A DNA stretch of 64,000 bases, taken from the NCBI GenBank assembly GCA_963763885.1, contig CAVXQD010000002.1:304389-368388 (forward strand), written 5' to 3'. The translations under genes and the position numbers were made by a program. Below are positions 58,417 to 64,000 of the stretch, piece by piece. Positions within the stretch are counted from its first letter, which is position 1. The number at the start of each line of letters is the position of its first letter. This stretch comes from an uncultured Acidimicrobiales bacterium. GTDB taxonomy: Bacteria > Actinomycetota > Acidimicrobiia > Acidimicrobiales > JANYDT01. Under the pieces are notes generated by a model that saw only the letters and a program-made list of their open reading frames with translations, was not told the origin of the DNA and made no database searches.

Positions 58417-59565
58417 ATGAGTGGACCACTTTCAGGCTTGACCATTGTTGAACTCGCAGGCATCGGACCCGGTCCGTTTGCCGGAATGCTGTTCGCCGAT
58501 ATGGGCGCTGACGTGATCCGTGTGGAGCGCGCACAGGCTGTTCCTGCTGAGCCAAGCGGTCGCCCCAACCTGTCCATTTCCGAGCGCGGCCGCCGTTCTA
58601 TTGGCGTCGACCTGAAGACCGCTGGCGGTCGCGAAGTAGTGATGCGGTTGGTAGACAAGGCCGACGGCATGTTCGAAGGCTTCCGACCAGGGGTCACGGA
58701 GCGCCTTGGCCTCGGACCTGACGATTGCATCGCACGCAATCCCCGCCTGGTCTACGGACGTATGACCGGTTGGGGGCAGGAAGGCCCTTACGCAATGGCT
58801 GCCGGTCACGACATCAACTACATCGCCCTCGCAGGAGCGCTTGAACCGATTGGCCGTGCGGGTGCCAAGCCGGTGCCCCCGCTCAATTTGGTGGGCGATT
58901 TTGGCGGCGGCGGTATGTTCCTTGCGTTTGGCATGGTCTGCGGCCTGCTGGAAGCAGCACGTTCCGGCAAAGGGCAGGTTGTGGACGCAGCGATGGTCGA
59001 CGGTGCAGCGGTCCTCATGACCATGTTTCATTCGATGAGCGCCATGGGGGTGCACAAGCCAGCTCGTGGCACCAACATGCTTGATACCGGAGCGCCGTTC
59101 TACGACGTGTACGAATGCAGCGATGGGAAGTACATCTCCATTGGGTCCATCGAGCCGCAGTTCTACGCCGAACTTCGCCGGTTGGGCGGGCTGGAGGACG
59201 ACGCCACCTGGGGCAAGCAGTTGGACCAGGCGCGTTGGCCTGAGCTGAAGCGGAAGATGGCAGAGGTGTTCATGCAGCGCACACGTGCCGAGTGGTGCGA
59301 AGCAATGGAACACACCGATGTCTGTTTCGCTCCAGTGCTATCACTCGCCGAAGCCCCACAGCATCCACACAACGTCGCCCGCTCGACGTTCATCACACGT
59401 GACGGGCTCACTCAGCCTGCCCCTGCACCGCGCTTCTCACGTACCCAGACTGAGTTGCCACACCCGTCGCCTGCAGTTGGTGCCGACACCGATTCGGTTC
59501 TCGCCTGGGCCGGGTACAGCGCCGAGGACATCGGCGCCCTGAGAACCGAGGGCTCCGTCCGCTGA
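58417..59565 (+). CDS. mcr: Alpha-methylacyl-CoA racemase (CaiB/BaiF)
   Basis: ELAGIGPGPF, GHDINY, NLVGDFGGG, PFYDVY, PAPAPRFSRT. Confidence 0.9.
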   Translation: MSGPLSGLTIVELAGIGPGPFAGMLFADMGADVIRVERAQAVPAEPSGRPNLSISERGRRSIGVDLKTAGGREVVMRLVDKADGMFEGFRPGVTERLGLGPDDCIARNPRLVYGRMTGWGQEGPYAMAAGHDINYIALAGALEPIGRAGAKPVPPLNLVGDFGGGGMFLAFGMVCGLLEAARSGKGQVVDAAMVDGAAVLMTMFHSMSAMGVHKPARGTNMLDTGAPFYDVYECSDGKYISIGSIEPQFYAELRRLGGLEDDATWGKQLDQARWPELKRKMAEVFMQRTRAEWCEAMEHTDVCFAPVLSLAEAPQHPHNVARSTFITRDGLTQPAPAPRFSRTQTELPHPSPAVGADTDSVLAWAGYSAEDIGALRTEGSVR

Positions 59566-59667
59566 GGTAGGGGCCACCCACAGCAGCGTGGCAGCTGCGG
59601 ATTACTGAACGTTTTGCCTTGCCGAAGCTCACCGAGCGGTCGCGACGGTGCTCGTAGGATGTCTTTC

Positions 59668-61116
59668 ATGGCTACCGGCTTCTCATGGGAACCGATCGAA
59701 GACCTTCCCGTCGGCTGGACTCACCTTGCCTGTACCGAGGTTGAAACGCTGCGGCAAATATGGTCGGAGGTGAAGACTGACCTCGATGACCGTTCGTTGC
59801 AAACGTTCAATCGAAAGCTCGCGAATGAGTGGGCAATCGAGACAGGAATCATCGAAGGTTTGTATGCCATCGACCGAGGAACTACAAACACACTTATTGA
59901 GGTTGGGCTGGAAGCGGCATCGCTGCCACACGCAGAAGGTCCAATTGACGCGAATACCTTCTCGCTGCTCAGGGACCAGCTTGGAGCGCTCGACTTGGTC
60001 TTCGATGTCGTCTCCGACGGTCGTGATTTGACTCTCGGTTTCATCAAAGAACTGCACGCGTTGCTAACGCGTCATCAGAAAACGACCACGGCAGTCGACC
60101 AATTCGGGAACTATCGCGAAGTCGAACTTCGATGCGGAGATTGGAAGGCTCAGTCAAACAACCCCGAACGGCGGGACGGTCTGATGCATGAATATTGTCC
60201 TGTTGAGCAGGTGCAACCACAGATGGAACGGCTCGTCGAGCTGCATCGTGAACACGTTGCAGCACTGGTGCCGCCCGAAATTGAGGCGGCGTGGCTCCAT
60301 CATCGGTTTACTCAGATTCATCCGTTCCAGGATGGAAATGGACGAGTCGCTCGTTGTCTGGCAAGTCTCGTTCTCATCAAGGGCGGCTTGTTTCCGCTCG
60401 TCGTGGACCGTGATTCTCGCTCGGGCTACATCGACGCTTTGGAGCAGGCTGACAGCGGAAATCTGGCAGCGCTGGTGGACACGATTTCGGCGCTTGAGCG
60501 CGCCCGTTTGCGACGGGCGATTGCAATCGCCGATGGTGTTTACCGTGAAACGACCCGACTCGACGAAATCATTGATGCTTTCGGCAACCTCTCATCGCCA
60601 CCAAACACTGCGTTTCAGCGCGCATTCGAACTTGCAGACCGAATTCATGAGCGTTTAGACAGCATTTTGGCGTCGATTAGAACTCAATTGGTTGAAGTCG
60701 GCGGACCTGAAATTCAAGTTGTCGCGGATTCGTCGCTGGGTCAACCCGACAAGCGGTGGATGAACCTTTATCAAAAGATTCAGGTCGCACGAAACCTGGA
60801 GTTCTCGGCGGAGTTCCGTCGGCACGATGAGTGGTCGTCGCTGCGCCTCACGCGAGAGTCAAGGAAATTCGAAGTTCTCACGATGATTTCGGCTGTGGGC
60901 CCAACGTTCAAGGGTATTTGTGCCGTTGGAATTGCGGTCTACGAGACGGTGTCGGACGGTGACGGTGAGACGCGCTTTTTTGATCTAGCGGTGACGGGAA
61001 GTGAACCGTTTCTCGTCAATTACTTGGATGACGATTCCGCTGTCGCACATTTTGAAACCTGGGCACAATCGCAGTTGGCGACAGCGCTCGCCATGGTTCG
61101 GCGGCGGATCGGCTGA
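59668..61116 (+). CDS. Fic-family protein with extended C-terminal domain
   Basis: HPFQDGNGRVAR; TGIIEG inhibitory motif. Confidence 0.92.
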   Translation: MATGFSWEPIEDLPVGWTHLACTEVETLRQIWSEVKTDLDDRSLQTFNRKLANEWAIETGIIEGLYAIDRGTTNTLIEVGLEAASLPHAEGPIDANTFSLLRDQLGALDLVFDVVSDGRDLTLGFIKELHALLTRHQKTTTAVDQFGNYREVELRCGDWKAQSNNPERRDGLMHEYCPVEQVQPQMERLVELHREHVAALVPPEIEAAWLHHRFTQIHPFQDGNGRVARCLASLVLIKGGLFPLVVDRDSRSGYIDALEQADSGNLAALVDTISALERARLRRAIAIADGVYRETTRLDEIIDAFGNLSSPPNTAFQRAFELADRIHERLDSILASIRTQLVEVGGPEIQVVADSSLGQPDKRWMNLYQKIQVARNLEFSAEFRRHDEWSSLRLTRESRKFEVLTMISAVGPTFKGICAVGIAVYETVSDGDGETRFFDLAVTGSEPFLVNYLDDDSAVAHFETWAQSQLATALAMVRRRIG

Positions 61117-61182
61117 GGGTGGGGCCGGCGTGGCTCTCGTCGGCAGGGGGCCGTGCCCCGAACCTCGACCATCCGTTGTTCG

Positions 61183-61431
61183 TCACCGCAGCGCATCGCG
61201 CACGGTTCCGGTTCCGGCGGCGGCGACTGCTGCTTCGAACCGTCGCTCCCCGCCTGTTCGGTTGGCATTTGTCTCGGTCAGCATCTGACCAATCCTTCGG
61301 CGGCGCTCACGACGCAGAAACCGGTCGATCAGCTCCCGCATGGTGATGCCCTCACTGTTCGCCAATTCCTCGAGCTGCTCATGTTGCTCCGTCGTCACGG
61401 AGATTGTGTTGAGTCTCGGCATGACATCCAT
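61183..61431 (-). CDS. Small ribbon-helix-helix/CopG-like antitoxin-type protein
   Basis: TISV......QLEELA..EG.TM.ELIDRFL pattern. Confidence 0.6.
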   Translation of the reverse strand: MDVMPRLNTISVTTEQHEQLEELANSEGITMRELIDRFLRRERRRRIGQMLTETNANRTGGERRFEAAVAAAGTGTVRDALR

Positions 61432-61513
61432 GATGCCAATCTCACGATAGGCAGTGTCGGCCTGCCCTGCAGGACACGGTTCTTGATTGGTGGCCAAGTT
61501 GATGGTCAGCGGG

Positions 61514-62137
61514 TCAGCGGCTGGTGAGGAGGCGGATGACGTCGGGGGCAAGGTCGAATCCTGCGATCACCAGCGGGCCAAGGGTGGCAGCGTGGACTTC
61601 GACAACTGGTTCGTCGGGGGCTGGGACCGAAACGGGTGATGTGCCGAAGAACGCGTCAGCTGTGGTTGGCAGCGTGGGTCGTACAAGACCTTCAGCCCAG
61701 GTTGGCCGCGCTTCGGATCTGGCGAGCGTTGGCGGAACCTGATCGTCGTTGACGTGGACTTCGATTGTGCGGCCCGGACGCTTGGTGGGTCGCAGCCCGA
61801 TGAACACGGTGAGCATCTCGGCGTCGTCGTCCAGTTGCTCACCAAGCACCAGCGCAACAGCCACCGCGTGTTTGCACGGGTTGGCCCAATCGGGGCACGT
61901 GCACGTAAACGTCACCGACGCGTCCCTATCCGGCAATGCACCCTGGGCCGGGGTCCGCATCTCTACGGCATAGGGAGCACTGCGGCTTCCACGCACCTGA
62001 CCGGAACAACGTCCAGCTTCGACGCGCAACAACGTGACCATGCCACGCTCGGCGAGTTCTGCGCCGCGCATGAATCGAATGGGGTCGGAGCGAGCGGCGA
62101 GTGCCCCGAAGGCTGCGGTAGCAGGGCCACTAGTCAT
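61514..62137 (-). CDS. SWIM zinc-finger protein
   Basis: V.GSR..PY, CTCPD..NPCKHAVA; ATGA overlap with the SNF2 gene. Confidence 0.9.
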   Translation of the reverse strand: MTSGPATAAFGALAARSDPIRFMRGAELAERGMVTLLRVEAGRCSGQVRGSRSAPYAVEMRTPAQGALPDRDASVTFTCTCPDWANPCKHAVAVALVLGEQLDDDAEMLTVFIGLRPTKRPGRTIEVHVNDDQVPPTLARSEARPTWAEGLVRPTLPTTADAFFGTSPVSVPAPDEPVVEVHAATLGPLVIAGFDLAPDVIRLLTSR

Positions 62138-64000
62138 GTTCGCTCCAAGGAAATCAATCGTCGGAGTTCTTCGGTGGATAACTCGGTGATCCAGCCTTCT
62201 CCGCCACCTGTTGGCACTCCACCATCGGAGAGCACTCGGTCCGCCAGATCGCGCTTCTCGGTGATGATCGTGTCGATGCGCTCCTCGATTGTGCCGCGGG
62301 TGGCAAGACGATGCACCAGCACCGTGGCGGTCTGGCCGATGCGCCATGCCCGATCACTTGCCTGGTCTTCCACCGCGGGGTTCCACCAACGGTCGATATG
62401 AATCACGCGTGTCGCAGCGGTGAGGTTGAGCCCACTGCCGCCTGCCTTCAAGCTGATCAACATGAGCGGTGACGAACCTGCTTGAAAGTCGGACACCAAA
62501 CGATCCCGACGCGTACGAGCAAGGCCGCCGTGCAAGAACGGTGTGGACAGTGACAACCGCTCTGTCAGATGGCGCTGCACAAGTTTGCCCATCTCCACGT
62601 ACTGCGTAAACGCAATCACCTGCTCGTCTGCATCAAACGCATCGTCAATCAGTTCATCGAACCGCGCCAATTTGCCGCTACGCCCGTCAAGTCGGCCGTT
62701 GTCGCCAAGTAAGTGCACTGGGTGATTGCAGATCTGTTTGAGCTTGGTGATTGCTGCGACGATTGCGCCTCGACGCTCGAACCGCCCGAGGGTGTCCAGC
62801 CGTTCCAGTAGTGAGTCCGTGACAGCCCGGTACAGGGTGGCCTGTTCGTGTGTGAGCGTTGCCCACGCTGTTGATTCGATCTTTGGCGGCAGCTCCGGAA
62901 CCAGCGATTTGTCAGACTTGGAGCGTCGGAGCAGGAAGGGGCTGATCACGGTTCGGAGGTGCCGAGTGGCCTGCTCGTCGTGGTGTCGTTCGATTGGGAC
63001 GGCCACCTTGCGCCGGAACGAGTCTGCGCTGCCAAGCACCCCCGGGTTCACGAGGTCCATCACAGCCCACAGGTCTGACAATCGGTTCTCGACAGGCGTT
63101 CCGGTGAGCGCAACGCGTTGCCCGGCGCCGATGGTGCGAATCGCCTTGGCGGCTTGGGTGTGGCGGTTCTTGAGGTGTTGCGCCTCGTCGATGACCACGC
63201 GTGACCAGCGCACTCCGGCGAGCATCTCCGCGTCTCGTGCCGCCGTTGCGAACGTAGTGATGGTGAGGTGGTGGCGTTGCTGCCACGCCGTGAAGTCTTC
63301 CGTAGCGCGCTTTTGGCCGTGGTGCACTCCGACGATGAGCCCCGGCACGAACCGTGCAGCTTCAGTCTCCCAGTTCCGTACCACCGTAAGTGGACATATT
63401 ACAAGGGTTGGATGTGAAGTCGTTGGCCCGCTGTGTGCGATGAGGGCGAGTACCTGCGCGGTTTTGCCAAGGCCCATGTCATCGGCCAACACACCACCAA
63501 GCCCAAGTCGGTCCAAGAACGCAAGCCATCCAACACCGCGCTGTTGATAGGGGCGCAGGGTACCCACAAACCCATCGGGTTGTTCGACGGGGGTGACTCG
63601 ATCCTCTGGCAGCCCGGACAACAGATCATGTGCCCATCCCTCCGCATCGACCTCGAATGTTGTGGTGGCTTCCAACTGGGCCTCGGCGGCCAAACTGAGC
63701 AAGGACAATGCGTCGACTGCTGGCCGGTCTCGTTGAACCCTCGATAGCGCTGTCAGCGCTTCGGCAACGGCTGTGCGATCGATCACCGACCAGCGCCCCG
63801 CCAGATGAACGAGGTCGTGCTTGGCGGCAGCAAGGCGGGCAAGATCCGCTTCGTCCAACCGTTGATCGCCGAGCGCGACGCTCCAGTTGACAGAGACGAT
63901 GTTCTTTGCGGTTAGACCTGCGGCGTTCACGGCCTTGTCAGACGGCGTTGCCCGCCCAACAACCTTCACCTTTGGTGGGTGCGCAAACCAGCCCGGCAAC
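62134..64000 (-). CDS. SNF2-family helicase (5' part outside window)
   Basis: LRPYQ, LADDMGLGKT, DEAQ, TGTPVEN, SLKAGG.GLNL, WWNPAVEDQASDR. Confidence 0.95.
   Translation of the reverse strand, partial: LPGWFAHPPKVKVVGRATPSDKAVNAAGLTAKNIVSVNWSVALGDQRLDEADLARLAAAKHDLVHLAGRWSVIDRTAVAEALTALSRVQRDRPAVDALSLLSLAAEAQLEATTTFEVDAEGWAHDLLSGLPEDRVTPVEQPDGFVGTLRPYQQRGVGWLAFLDRLGLGGVLADDMGLGKTAQVLALIAHSGPTTSHPTLVICPLTVVRNWETEAARFVPGLIVGVHHGQKRATEDFTAWQQRHHLTITTFATAARDAEMLAGVRWSRVVIDEAQHLKNRHTQAAKAIRTIGAGQRVALTGTPVENRLSDLWAVMDLVNPGVLGSADSFRRKVAVPIERHHDEQATRHLRTVISPFLLRRSKSDKSLVPELPPKIESTAWATLTHEQATLYRAVTDSLLERLDTLGRFERRGAIVAAITKLKQICNHPVHLLGDNGRLDGRSGKLARFDELIDDAFDADEQVIAFTQYVEMGKLVQRHLTERLSLSTPFLHGGLARTRRDRLVSDFQAGSSPLMLISLKAGGSGLNLTAATRVIHIDRWWNPAVEDQASDRAWRIGQTATVLVHRLATRGTIEERIDTIITEKRDLADRVLSDGGVPTGGGEGWITELSTEELRRLISLERT

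Noticed and set aside
61514-64000. SWIM + SNF2 as a novel defence system
   Set aside because: This pair is a widespread, well-known actinobacterial gene couple with no additional defence partners visible

Overview
High-GC actinobacterial chromosome segment, most consistent with an Acidimicrobiia-type genome (multifunctional kgd, UvrD2 with HRDC, Gram-positive-type SOS box, many apparent leaderless starts). It holds about 55 protein-coding genes; no rRNA, tRNA, CRISPR array or intact transposase was recognised. The stand-out feature is a compact oxylipin-type locus at about 18.4-24.2 kb. A lipoxygenase converges on a stand-alone catalase-related allene-oxide-synthase-like gene that appears to lack the proximal heme Tyr. 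The lipoxygenase is divergent from a cyclase-STAND-TPR protein and is followed by a TetR-controlled P450/TauD/quinone-reductase/TauD cluster. Other notable items are two families of small interspersed repeats (a MIRU-like unit forming chains of coupled mini-ORFs, and a 66-bp double-hairpin REP-like element in 3 copies), an NYN RNase-S1-histone-like fusion, a UvrD2 with an ~80-aa acidic insertion, a catalytically degenerate GH36 homologue, orphan Tad minor pilins and three frameshifted genes. All family assignments come from motif recognition by eye, without database searches.
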